NCBI GenBank assembly: GCA_963422525.1
Contig: OY730226.1
Location: forward strand, 958,453 to 1,022,452
Length of the DNA: 64,000 nucleotides
Direction: 5' to 3'
Origin: Dehalococcoidia bacterium
GTDB lineage: Bacteria > Chloroflexota > Dehalococcoidia > Lucifugimonadales > JADFKI01
Both the position numbers and the translations under genes were made by a program. The notes under the pieces are model-generated. The model made no database searches and was not told the origin of the DNA. It saw only the letters and a program-made list of their open reading frames with translations. The number at the start of each line of letters is the position of its first letter. Position 1 is the first letter of the stretch. This document shows, piece after piece, positions 9,761 to 18,983 of the stretch.

Positions 9761-10645
9761 TTAGCCGCTGATTTTCGTGTCTGCCATGTCCTCAATGAAG
9801 TTGGCTATGGCGGAGTGATCGGCGTCCCCTTTGCCTTCGTTCATTAGTGATCCTATGACCTGCTGCGCCAACGCCGTGAAGGGCAGAGGAACGCTGAGTT
9901 CACGCGCCGTCTGCAAGGCGTTGTTCAGGTCCTTCTGGTGCAGACGAATGCGGAAGCCGGGGTTGAAGTTGCCTTCTATCATCATCGGGGCTTTGGCGTT
10001 CAGCACAGTGCTTCCGGCGAGACCGCCCTTGATCGCCTCGAAAACTACATTAGGGTCAAGCCCCGCCTTCTTTGCGAGCACAAGCGCCTCGCTCGCAGCG
10101 GCGATGTTGATGGCTACGATAATCTGATTTGCAAGTTTGGTCGTGTTGCCTGCGCCGTAGCCGCCGCAGTATGTGGAGTTGCCCAACGGCGCGAACACAT
10201 CGACATGCTTGTCGTACATATCCTTCTTGCCGCCGACCATGATGGCGAGTGTGCCCGAGATTGCGCCCGGCTCGCCGCCGCTGACCGGCGCGTCAAGGAA
10301 GTCAACGCCCTGAGCCTCGCAGCCGTCGGCAATCTTCTGCGACGATGCCGGCGCGATTGAACTCATGTCGATTACGACTGAGCCGGACGCCGCCCCTTCG
10401 AGCACGCCATTTGCGCCCAAGATAGCGGCTTCGGCGTCTGCCGAGTCCGGCACCATCGTTATGATGAGTGGGTTCTTCGCCGCCACTTCGCTCGACGACG
10501 ACGCAGGTATTGCGCCCTCCGTCGCCATCTCTTCCACTGCCGTGCCAACTATATCGTACACGGTTACGCTGTTGCCCGCCTTCATAAGATTTCTGACCAT
10601 AGGCTTGCCCATAATGCCCAGCCCCACGAATCCAATATCTGCCAT
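9761..10645 (-). CDS. NAD(P)-dependent 3-hydroxyacid dehydrogenase (2-hydroxy-3-oxopropionate reductase / 3-hydroxyisobutyrate dehydrogenase family)
   Basis: Rossmann motif IGFVGLGIMGKPM and body typical of GarR/MmsB. The ATG at 10645 is preceded by AAGGAG. Confidence 0.85.
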   Translation of the reverse strand: MADIGFVGLGIMGKPMVRNLMKAGNSVTVYDIVGTAVEEMATEGAIPASSSSEVAAKNPLIITMVPDSADAEAAILGANGVLEGAASGSVVIDMSSIAPASSQKIADGCEAQGVDFLDAPVSGGEPGAISGTLAIMVGGKKDMYDKHVDVFAPLGNSTYCGGYGAGNTTKLANQIIVAINIAAASEALVLAKKAGLDPNVVFEAIKGGLAGSTVLNAKAPMMIEGNFNPGFRIRLHQKDLNNALQTARELSVPLPFTALAQQVIGSLMNEGKGDADHSAIANFIEDMADTKISG

Positions 10646-10841
10646 TGCCACTCCTTTCAATGCCATAGCGCCCCTTCAGGGCGATGTGGTTGTCTTCATG
10701 CGTATCGCAACATTATCAGTCTAATGCGCGCGCGTGGTCAAGCGCTTTCTTTGTCGGCGCAGCCTCCGGCGGCGCTATCCTGTCCATCCTGTTCATCCAT
10801 GTTAGTATGTCCTTTGCATATTATCGAAGGAGAGTGTTCAT

Positions 10842-11240
10842 ATGTCATACTCTATCAACCATGTCCACATAAGGTCGGCGGACCCGCATGCGTCGGCGGC
10901 GTGGTACGAGGAACACTTCGGCGCAAAGCTTCTATCGTCCAGGGAAGTGATGCCCGGCACGATAACCGTAAGCATGGACGCCGGCGGCCCCGTCAGGCTC
11001 AATATCTCGTCCAAGCCCGCAGGCTCGTCCGACGCGAGGGCGGTCGCCGAGTTGAACCGGCTTGGCCTCGAGCATTTCGGGTTCGATGTAGAGGACATAG
11101 ACGCTGATATATCCAGACTCGAAGCGGCTGGCGTCCGCGTCGTACTGCCGATAACCGAGGTGCCGGGCGGTACCCGTCTGGCATACATCGAGGGGCCGGA
11201 TGACGTGCTCATCGAGCTGGTGCAGCCTGCCCGTTCATAA
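10842..11240 (+). CDS. VOC (glyoxalase/bleomycin-resistance/dioxygenase) family protein
   Basis: 132 aa. INHVHIRSADP...LEHFGFDVEDID...IELV is a typical paired beta-alpha-beta-beta-beta module. AAGGAG lies upstream. Confidence 0.75.
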   Translation: MSYSINHVHIRSADPHASAAWYEEHFGAKLLSSREVMPGTITVSMDAGGPVRLNISSKPAGSSDARAVAELNRLGLEHFGFDVEDIDADISRLEAAGVRVVLPITEVPGGTRLAYIEGPDDVLIELVQPARS

Positions 11241-11383
11241 TCTTCTGTCCATCAACATCAGCCGAGTTCAGCGGGCTTCGGCACACTTCGAATTGACGGC
11301 AGTATGTGGCATGGTAACATTGCGCCGGACATAAGCCGCGCCAGACATAAGCCCCTCGAATCATCCAGCAAAGGAGAGCGCGA

Positions 11384-11704
11384 ATGAGCGACGACATTGT
11401 GCGCTGGCATCGTGTGCAGCAGATTCTGACTGACATCATGCAGCGCTGGGAGCAGCGGGAGAGGCGGCGGGGCTTGCCGGGCATCCACGGCTACTACTGG
11501 GACACGCCACAGGAGCTTGCCGGCGACGAGGCGATGGGCATGCAGTTCATCGAGCCCGGCGTGCCTGCCTCCGAAACGGCGATTGTTATATCTCTGCGGC
11601 GTGGGCTTGGCAGCATTCCGAAGATGCCGATGGGCGGACCCTTCCTCACGGAAGACGAAATTCAGGAGATAGAGCGCTGGATAGACGGCGGCATGCCGGA
11701 GTAA
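11384..11704 (+). CDS. Hypothetical protein
   Basis: 106-aa ORF with an AAAGGAG RBS and GC-rich third codon positions. No motif recognised. Confidence 0.5.
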   Translation: MSDDIVRWHRVQQILTDIMQRWEQRERRRGLPGIHGYYWDTPQELAGDEAMGMQFIEPGVPASETAIVISLRRGLGSIPKMPMGGPFLTEDEIQEIERWIDGGMPE

Positions 11705-11773
11705 ATGTTCGGTCTGCAACGCAGGCTGGAAAGCAGGCGGCCGGCTCGCCCAGTTTCGTAGTCAGGAGATCGG

Positions 11774-12211
11774 ATGACTGTGGACAGACCAACAAGCAAT
11801 GTACGGCTGGGATGGCAGGGCGGCTTCAAGTTCGCGTCGCGGGACGAGCATTCCCACACGCTGACGGTGGACGCCCCTCAGAGTGAAGGCGCGGCGTTCG
11901 ACGGGATGATGCCGGGCGACCTGCTGCTGACGAGCCTCGGAGGTTGCAGCGGTATCGACATCGTGAACATCCTCCGGCGACAGCGGCAAGATGTAACCGG
12001 ACTTGAAATCAGCGTTGCGGGTGAGCAACTGCCTGATGCGCCATGGACATGGGTTGCCGTAAGGCTCGAATACACGGTGCGCGGGCGCGGGTTGCGCGAG
12101 TCCGCCGTGCGGCGAGCTATTGAACTCTCCGAGGAGAAGTACTGCTCCATCGGCGCAACGATAGCCGGCCGAACGAAGATTAGCAGCAGCTTCACAATCA
12201 TCGAAGAATAG
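11774..12211 (+). CDS. OsmC/Ohr family protein
   Basis: 145 aa, with the two conserved Cys contexts (LGGCSGIDI and EEKYCSIGATI). Confidence 0.85.
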   Translation: MTVDRPTSNVRLGWQGGFKFASRDEHSHTLTVDAPQSEGAAFDGMMPGDLLLTSLGGCSGIDIVNILRRQRQDVTGLEISVAGEQLPDAPWTWVAVRLEYTVRGRGLRESAVRRAIELSEEKYCSIGATIAGRTKISSSFTIIEE

Positions 12212-12271
12212 TCGCCTCCGTTGGGCGTGCCGCCGTATGCCAGACGGCGCCGGTCTATGGTATGATCCGAT

Positions 12272-12502
12272 GTGCATCCAGTTGGTGATGGCGGCGTCGG
12301 CATGGTGATTGAGGCGCATGAACGAATCGAGAACGATGCCGAGACGACAGAATGGACGACGAAAGCGGATTTTCAGAATCTAGCCTTGGAAGTTATCAGA
12401 ATACAAGTCGGGCATAAGTGGATTGCGTGGATACTTGGTGTCATCTGTGCGGCGCTTGTAGCCATATTTTGCGGGTTGGTCGCTTTAGCATTACAAATCT
12501 AA
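12272..12502 (+). CDS. Small hypothetical membrane protein
   Basis: 76-aa ORF with one C-terminal TM helix (WIAWILGVICAALVAIFCGLVALAL). Local GC looks lower. The start is uncertain. Confidence 0.35.
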   Translation: MHPVGDGGVGMVIEAHERIENDAETTEWTTKADFQNLALEVIRIQVGHKWIAWILGVICAALVAIFCGLVALALQI

Positions 12503-12540
12503 AAAACAGCGCTTGAAAACATTCGTTTAGGAGGTTGCTT

Positions 12541-13233
12541 GTGCCTAGCTTGAGTTCAGAGCAGTTGGAGGAGCTGCGACAGATTCCGTCCTGCTCGATT
12601 GCCAACGCCATCGAGACATTCGATGTGATGCCGCGTACTGACGGCTTTATGTTGCCCGCCGTCAAGTCCATATTCCCGGAGATGGGGCATATGATAGGTT
12701 ACGCGGTGACAGGCGTAATCTCGGCGGACATGCCGCCAAGCGCCAACATGAGCGTATCGCGCATCGACTGGGTGGACACCATCCTGAGCGTGCCTGCCCC
12801 GCGCGTGCTGGTGCTCAAAGACATCGACTATCCTAATGTCATCGGCTCGTTCTGGGGCGAAGTGCAAGCGAACATTCATGGCGCGCTCGACTGCGTCGGC
12901 ACCGTGACGGACGGCGGCGTACGCGACCTTGACGAGATGCGCGAACTGGGCTTCAACGCATTTGCGTCCGATGTCCTAGTATCGCATGCGTATGTCCACC
13001 TCATTGATGTCGGCGTGCCGGTTACCGTCGGCGGTCTCAATGTGAATATGGGCGACATCATCATGGGCGATCAGCACGGTGTTATGAGCATCCCTCATGA
13101 CATCGCCGCCGATGTTCCCGCCGCCGTAAAGCGGGTAGAAGACAGGGAGCGCGAGATGATTAGCCTATGCCAAGCCGACGACTTCACTGTTGACAAGCTC
13201 AAAGACCAACTCCGCAAGATGTATGGTGGGTAG
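12541..13233 (+). CDS. RraA family protein (4-hydroxy-4-methyl-2-oxoglutarate aldolase / oxaloacetate decarboxylase-like)
   Basis: GSFWGEVQANIHGALDCVGTVTDGGVRDLDEM and GDQHGV motifs. The GTG at 12541 lies 6 nt after AGGAGG. Confidence 0.8.
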   Translation: MPSLSSEQLEELRQIPSCSIANAIETFDVMPRTDGFMLPAVKSIFPEMGHMIGYAVTGVISADMPPSANMSVSRIDWVDTILSVPAPRVLVLKDIDYPNVIGSFWGEVQANIHGALDCVGTVTDGGVRDLDEMRELGFNAFASDVLVSHAYVHLIDVGVPVTVGGLNVNMGDIIMGDQHGVMSIPHDIAADVPAAVKRVEDREREMISLCQADDFTVDKLKDQLRKMYGG

Positions 13234-13241
13234 GGGATGAT

Positions 13242-14216
13242 ATGACAGGCGCTAAAGTAGCCTTTCTTCACGGGTTGCCATCCGAAATTGTGAATGTCAT
13301 TATCCCATACACGCCCGACGGCTGGACGACCGAGGTCGTCGGGCGAGACACGCCGATTGCCGAACAGAAGGCAATTGTCAGCGACGCCGACTTCATCATG
13401 GTGTACCGCGCGCCGCTGCATGATGATGCGCTGCGCGCCGCAGGCAAGGCGCGTCTCGTGCAGCTTCTAGCAGCGGGCTACGATAGCATGAACCTTGAAC
13501 TGATGCATGCGCTAGAAGTGCCGTGCGCCAACAACGGCGGCGCCAACTCTTGGGCAGTTGCCGACCACGCCGTCCTGCTGATGCTCTCGCTGTACAAGCG
13601 TCAGATGCACACTCACCCTGCGACGCGACAAGGGCGGTGGAACGCGCCCATCAGCGGCGCTAACACCTTCGAGATGGCAGACAAGCTCGTTGGAACGCTA
13701 GGCATCGGCAACATCGGGCGTCAGGTGGCGCGGCGCGTGCAGGGCTTCGACGCCGATGTGCAATACTACGACTTGTATCCGCTGCCGGAAGAACGGGAGC
13801 GCGAACTGAATGTGCGGCGCGTGAGTCTGGATGAGCTATTCCGCACATCGGACATCTTAACCTGCCACACCCCTCTGACGCCGCAGACGCATCACATCGT
13901 CAATCGTGAGCGTCTTGCGATGATGAAACCGACGGCGGTTCTAATAAATACCAGCCGAGGCCCAGTCGTCGACGAGGCTGCGTTGATAGAGGCGCTGCAA
14001 GAAGGCAGAATTGCTGGCGCAGGACTGGATGTGTTCGAGCAAGAGCCGGTTGACCCCGCCAACCCGCTGCTACAAATGGATAATGTAGTGGTAACGCCGC
14101 ACATCGCAGGCACGACATGGAACACATGGTTCCGCCGCGCCGAGTTCGCCTACCGGAACATGCAGCGCGTATGGAACGGCGAAGCGCCGCTGGCTGTCGC
14201 CCAAGATTTCGACTAG
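13242..14216 (+). CDS. D-isomer-specific 2-hydroxyacid dehydrogenase
   Basis: NAD-binding GTLGIGNIGRQVARR, catalytic-region NTSRGPVVDE and TPHIAGTT. Confidence 0.88.
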   Translation: MTGAKVAFLHGLPSEIVNVIIPYTPDGWTTEVVGRDTPIAEQKAIVSDADFIMVYRAPLHDDALRAAGKARLVQLLAAGYDSMNLELMHALEVPCANNGGANSWAVADHAVLLMLSLYKRQMHTHPATRQGRWNAPISGANTFEMADKLVGTLGIGNIGRQVARRVQGFDADVQYYDLYPLPEERERELNVRRVSLDELFRTSDILTCHTPLTPQTHHIVNRERLAMMKPTAVLINTSRGPVVDEAALIEALQEGRIAGAGLDVFEQEPVDPANPLLQMDNVVVTPHIAGTTWNTWFRRAEFAYRNMQRVWNGEAPLAVAQDFD

Positions 14217-14304
14217 CCAATAGCTTCGGCGTTCTGATTTACCTATCAGCCCAATGGCCGGCGACTGATCGCTGAAACCGGACAACTCTGAAAGAGAGGC
14301 AAAG

Positions 14305-14616
14305 ATGGAACCCGTCATCAAGAACTACGAAGGCAGAAGCAACCCGATACTGGGACCGGAAGATGGAGCGCCCAACTATGTGATGTTGTATGTGCAGCAC
14401 CCGCCGGGAGGCACAAGCCCCCAGCACATCCACGAGTGGGAACATCAGGCGTTCATCACTGAGGGCGCGGGCGCGCTCTGGGTTGAAGGCACGGAATACC
14501 CCATTAAGAAGGGCGACGCCGTGCTGGTGCCGCCTAATGTCAATCACCAGTTCCGCAACACAGGCGATGTTACGCTAAGCCGTGTAACGGTGAATCCGCT
14601 GAATTCGGTGGAGTAG
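14305..14616 (+). CDS. Cupin domain protein
   Basis: 103 aa, with the cupin metal motif PQHIHEWEHQAFITEG...GDAVLVPPNVNHQF. Confidence 0.8.
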   Translation: MEPVIKNYEGRSNPILGPEDGAPNYVMLYVQHPPGGTSPQHIHEWEHQAFITEGAGALWVEGTEYPIKKGDAVLVPPNVNHQFRNTGDVTLSRVTVNPLNSVE

Positions 14617-14641
14617 CGCTGATTTGCAGGAGGGTTGAAGC

Positions 14642-16261
14642 ATGCCACAGATGAGCGGAGCGCAGGCGCTAGCGCAGCAGTTGCGTTCAGAAGGCGTGGA
14701 CACCGTGTTCACACTGCCCGGAGTGCAGATAATGGCAGCCTTCGACGCGCTGCATGAGGTTCAGAACGACATTCAGCTCGTCCACACTCGCCACGAACAA
14801 GCCACCACATACATGGCTGACGGCTACGCCAAGGTTACCGGCAAAGTGGGCGTAGCTATGGTTGTGCCCGGCCCCGGCGCTCTTAACGCTACCGCCGGAC
14901 TTGGGACTGCCTTTGCTAGCTCTTCCCCCGTGCTGTTGATTTCAGGGCAGATTGCCAGCAACGCTTTGGGCAAGCGGCAAGGACAACTTCACGAAGTCGA
15001 AGACCAGCTCGATGTGTTTAAGCCCATCACCAAGTGGAATCACCGCGTTACCGAAGTGGGAGCGATCCCCGAAGCGGTGCATGAAGCCTTCCGCCAATTG
15101 AGCGTCGGGCGTCCCAGGCCTGTGGAGCTGGAAGTGCCGCCCGATACGCTAGCCGCCGTCGGCGACGCCGACATTATAGAGCCGGAAGAGTACCCTGCCG
15201 ATGCGGGCAGCGATGTGGACATTCGGAGGGCGGCGGAGATTTTGGCGCGCGCTAAGAAGCCGGCTATCATCGCCGGCGGGGGTAGCATTATATCCGGCGC
15301 ATCCGAAGAACTGCGAGAGCTGGCGGAGTTTCTGCAAGCGGCTGTGATGACAACCCAGCAGGGCAAGGGCATCATTCCCGCTGACCATGAGCTTATGGTA
15401 GGCGTAAACTATGCCATGGTGGAGCCTATCAAAGACATTCTTCCGGAGTGTGACGCGCTGCTTGCCGTGGGAACGCGCCTGCTGTTCAGAACATTTTCGC
15501 CTGATAACGCCCCGGACATCGTTCACATAGATGCCGACGCCTCCGAAATCGGTAAGAACCTGCCTACTGAGGTAGGTATTGTAGCCGACGCTAGGCAAGC
15601 CCTAAGTAGGTTGCTGCATCAAATTCGCGCCATAAGCGCGCCGAAAGCGTCCCGCCGTCTAGAGATTGCTGGCTACAAGAAGGCGGCGGCAGATAAGTTG
15701 ACAGAGCTTGCGCCCGAGCAGGTACGAATTATAGATGACATTCGCGGCGCGCTTAATGACGACGACATTTTGGTTAGCGGCATGACCAACATCGGATACT
15801 GGAGCCATCTCGCCTATCCCGTGAGCGTACCTCGCGCCTATGTAACATCCTCATACTTCGGCACGCTGGGCTACGCATATCCCACAGCTCTGGGGGCTAA
15901 GGTGGGGCAGCCCGACAAGCGAGTGGTTGCCCTATGCGGCGATGGCGGGTTCATGTACAACCTGCAAGAGCTTTCCACGGCGGCGCGATACGGCATCAAC
16001 GTTGTGGCGGTCGTGTTCAACAACCGTGCCTACGGCGCGTCCATGTGGGACCAGACTCATCAGTACGGTGGGCGGTTCATTGGCACAGATCTCAACAACC
16101 CCGACTTCCTGAAGCTGGCGGAAGCCTTCGGCGTGCGCGGGATGAAGTCCGAACCCGACGGCATTGGCGGCGCGCTGCGGCAGGCGCTCCAAGCCGACGC
16201 CCCCGTGCTGCTGGAGGTCGAACTCCCCAACATGATGCCGCCATTCCAGATAATGCGGTAA
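14642..16261 (+). CDS. Thiamine diphosphate-dependent enzyme, acetolactate synthase large subunit-like
   Basis: 539 aa. N-terminal Pyr domain (VDTVFTLPGVQIM...HEQATTYMADGYAK) and a C-terminal ThDP-binding motif (GDGGFMYNLQEL...VVFNNRAYG). Confidence 0.85.
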   Translation: MPQMSGAQALAQQLRSEGVDTVFTLPGVQIMAAFDALHEVQNDIQLVHTRHEQATTYMADGYAKVTGKVGVAMVVPGPGALNATAGLGTAFASSSPVLLISGQIASNALGKRQGQLHEVEDQLDVFKPITKWNHRVTEVGAIPEAVHEAFRQLSVGRPRPVELEVPPDTLAAVGDADIIEPEEYPADAGSDVDIRRAAEILARAKKPAIIAGGGSIISGASEELRELAEFLQAAVMTTQQGKGIIPADHELMVGVNYAMVEPIKDILPECDALLAVGTRLLFRTFSPDNAPDIVHIDADASEIGKNLPTEVGIVADARQALSRLLHQIRAISAPKASRRLEIAGYKKAAADKLTELAPEQVRIIDDIRGALNDDDILVSGMTNIGYWSHLAYPVSVPRAYVTSSYFGTLGYAYPTALGAKVGQPDKRVVALCGDGGFMYNLQELSTAARYGINVVAVVFNNRAYGASMWDQTHQYGGRFIGTDLNNPDFLKLAEAFGVRGMKSEPDGIGGALRQALQADAPVLLEVELPNMMPPFQIMR

Positions 16262-16314
16262 CAAAGAGGCGAACCAAATTAAGGAGAACTGTTCGAAGTT
16301 GGTGGCGTGAGGGA

Positions 16315-16707
16315 TTGGCATTGAAACTCGAAAACCACCAAGGCGCAAATTCCATTCTCCATGGAAATGCCTTAAGTATTCTTGGAAGGATGCCTAGCGA
16401 ATCAGTTCATTGCATCATCACAAGTCCGCCTTACTATATGCAGCGCGATTACAGCGCTCCGGTTCAAATTGGAAACGAGAAATCTCCCGTAGAATATGTA
16501 CAAAATCTGCAAAGAGTGTTTTCGGAATGTCAGCGTGTTCTGAGAGAGGATGGGACGCTGTGGCTGAATCTAGGTGATAAATATTACAATGGCGAATTGC
16601 TTGGAATGCCTTGGCGGGTCGCATTGTCGCTTAAAGATGATGGATGGATGCTTCGTTCAGATATAATTTGGCATAAACCCAATTGTATTGCCTACTTGCA
16701 GCGGTAA
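16315..16707 (+). pseudogene. 3'-truncated N4/N6 DNA methyltransferase (PF01555-like) fragment
   Basis: SILHGNALSIL...VHCIITSPPYY...DGTLWLNLGDKY...SDIIWHKPN is the N-terminal half of a beta-class MTase. After KPN (16675-16683) the sequence becomes the antisense of a convergent ORF and stops, and no motif I (FxGxG) follows. AAGGAG is at 16281. The start codon (TTG 16315 or 16321) is uncertain. Confidence 0.7.
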
Positions 16708-17233
16708 CTCGTGTGCCTTTATCAGGTCTTCAAGGTTTCGTCTTACGAGTCTTTCGAATAGAGTTCCTTTCAAAGCGCGTCTGCTACCCTCAAGTCTCGA
16801 AAGCATGACTTCAGAAACGGCCGGCCACTCCCAATTCTCGGCTCTAGGAAATAACGGCGCTGCAAACCTTCGCACCTCGTTTAGCAGGTAAGTCTGGCGT
16901 TCAACGGGTGTGTCGCCGGGGACAGTTCTAAGCAGCGGCTGAAGTCGCTGTGTCGCCGCATCTCGAAGAAGCCAAGCAAGGAAAATACCACTTGGCTCTG
17001 GAGTTGGAGTAAGGGCGAAGCAAGCCATCATAGAGCCTAAATTCACTACGACGATTGAGATAACGACTTATAGTTTGCGTCGCTTTTTCATCCAATGGCT
17101 CTTGAATGAAGTCCAGCACAGAAGCATACCCTTCTTGTCCAAGAAAACCGACGAAATCCTCATAGAATCGTCGGTTTTCCTGAATGATTGCCACAAGTTC
17201 CCGCAGACGCAGGTTGTGTAGCACGAAGTCCAT
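16657..17233 (-). pseudogene. Disrupted hypothetical gene convergent with the MTase fragment; possible remnant of the cognate restriction endonuclease
   Basis: Two overlapping minus-strand ORFs (ATG 17233 ...ISRYLNRRS, then another frame ...LFERLVRRNLEDLIKAHELPLQV) indicate a frameshift near 17040. The last residues (GFMPNYI) are simply the antisense of the MTase coding sequence. The function is inferred from context only. Confidence 0.4.
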
Positions 17234-17234
17234 G

Positions 17235-18941
17235 CTAGAAAGCGTCCTCTTCCTGTGCAATCCTGTCAAAGTCAGCGTGGGTATAAGTCCCCAGGCTGCG
17301 GAAGTTGAACTCGGTGTAGTTCTTAATCCAGCGCAGCGAAACCTTGTAGGCTTTCTTGTAGCGTTCTTCCTGCTCGTGGTATGCGGCGCGGGCAGATTCA
17401 TCGCCCGCGGGAATTGCTGCCTTGCGATGCGTGAGGATGTCGGCGAGTTCGTTCTGCATGATCTGCTTGGCGAGTGCGAAGTTGTGCGCCTGCTCGGTGT
17501 CCTCGGCGACTGCGCCGTGTATGATGCGCTGAGCCATCTGCGCCACTGAGATGCGCCCAGTAGCGAGGTCTTCCATTAGCGCAGGATGCACGCCCGGCTT
17601 GCCTTCCAGGCTGTCGATGCCTTTTGCGCCGCGACCCGTCAGCCAGCCCTCGACATACTCGATAATCATCCGCGCGTTGCGCCGCGTGCCCTCGGCGGTG
17701 ATTGAACCTTCCGGGCGTGCGATTTTCACCGGGTAATTGTTCGGGTCGTCCATGCCATCCGAAGGCTGCCAATCACCGGTGATGTACTCTTTGAAGGGAT
17801 CGCCGGCGGTCTTCATATGAAATATGTGGGCAACCCAGCCCCGCAGGAAACCCTGCTGAGCTTCCCATACCTTATCAGCGTGAATTGAGGCGGCTGCGAC
17901 CTCATTCACTTCTTCGTCTCGGCTAGGCAGCGCCGTTGCCATGCCACCGATGGGCACTGCGCCGCGCTTTAAGCATACCGCCACCAGTCGACGGAAGATA
18001 TTCGCCATAAAGTCGGTCGTCTTGATGTCGACGCCGAACCTGTCGGGCCAGACGAGACCGGCGTCGTTCATGATGTACTCAAGGATGCTTGCCTTCAGGT
18101 CCCAGCGCGCGGCGTTCAGCCCCGCGGCATACGGCCCCAGCGCATAGAGCAGGTCTTCCATGATATAGACGGCGGGCAGCGATTCAACTAGGAATATGGC
18201 GCGTATCACCGCGTCGTCCGGATAGCCGAGACGTTCACGGCTGAAATCGAAGAAGTCGCGGTAGAGTATCGCTTCCTCGACGACCTCTACCTTCGGCAGG
18301 TAGAAGTACAACCCCTGTCCGCGCTCCGCCTGCGCCTTGCCGCCGTAAGCGAATGTGAGCGCCATGCCCAAGATAGTGGCGGGGATGGGCTTGCCGTCCA
18401 CCGTGAAGTCGGCTTCGTCGAGGTGTAGTCCACGCTCGCGGTGCATGAAGAAGGGTGTATCGCCCTCCTCGATGGCGTAGGTGCGGTCGCGCGCCGGGTT
18501 GTGGAACGACAGCGTGCGCTCTGTAATGCCGAGCCGATTTCGGGCGGCGCTCAGTGTATCTATCAGGCGGTGCCCGCCCGAATCCTCGTCGTCGTCAAGG
18601 TATCCGACGGCGCGCTCGCCCTCCGGACCCGGATTGACGGCGTTGATTGCCATGTTTGTGATAGACACCGGCCCCGAAATTTCGATGCCGGGCTGGCGCA
18701 GGTCGTCGGGAACTTCTGGCGCCTGCCAGTCGCCGTATGACTTGGAATTGGGCAGGAATGTGGGCATTACGCCTTCGTTGAGCGCCTTTCGCAGCAGCGC
18801 CTCACGCTTGTCTCGCACATCCTGCACGCGGTCTGCGAACTTGTCGTATGCCTCGACCACATAATCCAAGAACTCCGGTGTTAGCAACTCATCAGCGCCT
18901 TCTACGGCAAGGTAGCTGACTCTGCTTTCTGTATCTGACAT
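17235..18941 (-). CDS. aceB: Malate synthase A
   Basis: 568 aa. The FYLPKVE...AIFLVESLPAVYIMEDLLYALGPYAAGLNAARWD block matches the malate synthase A catalytic core. Confidence 0.9.
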   Translation of the reverse strand: MSDTESRVSYLAVEGADELLTPEFLDYVVEAYDKFADRVQDVRDKREALLRKALNEGVMPTFLPNSKSYGDWQAPEVPDDLRQPGIEISGPVSITNMAINAVNPGPEGERAVGYLDDDEDSGGHRLIDTLSAARNRLGITERTLSFHNPARDRTYAIEEGDTPFFMHRERGLHLDEADFTVDGKPIPATILGMALTFAYGGKAQAERGQGLYFYLPKVEVVEEAILYRDFFDFSRERLGYPDDAVIRAIFLVESLPAVYIMEDLLYALGPYAAGLNAARWDLKASILEYIMNDAGLVWPDRFGVDIKTTDFMANIFRRLVAVCLKRGAVPIGGMATALPSRDEEVNEVAAASIHADKVWEAQQGFLRGWVAHIFHMKTAGDPFKEYITGDWQPSDGMDDPNNYPVKIARPEGSITAEGTRRNARMIIEYVEGWLTGRGAKGIDSLEGKPGVHPALMEDLATGRISVAQMAQRIIHGAVAEDTEQAHNFALAKQIMQNELADILTHRKAAIPAGDESARAAYHEQEERYKKAYKVSLRWIKNYTEFNFRSLGTYTHADFDRIAQEEDAF

Positions 18942-18983
18942 TGGTTTCTCCTCTGACGGACAAGTGTTGTTTGCTTATAGTTG

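Noticed and set aside
15934-16314. The upstream part of ORF 15934..16707, which overlaps the end of the ThDP enzyme gene.
   Set aside because: It is an out-of-frame read-through with Arg/Pro-rich composition. Only the part after the AAGGAG at 16281 shows methyltransferase motifs.
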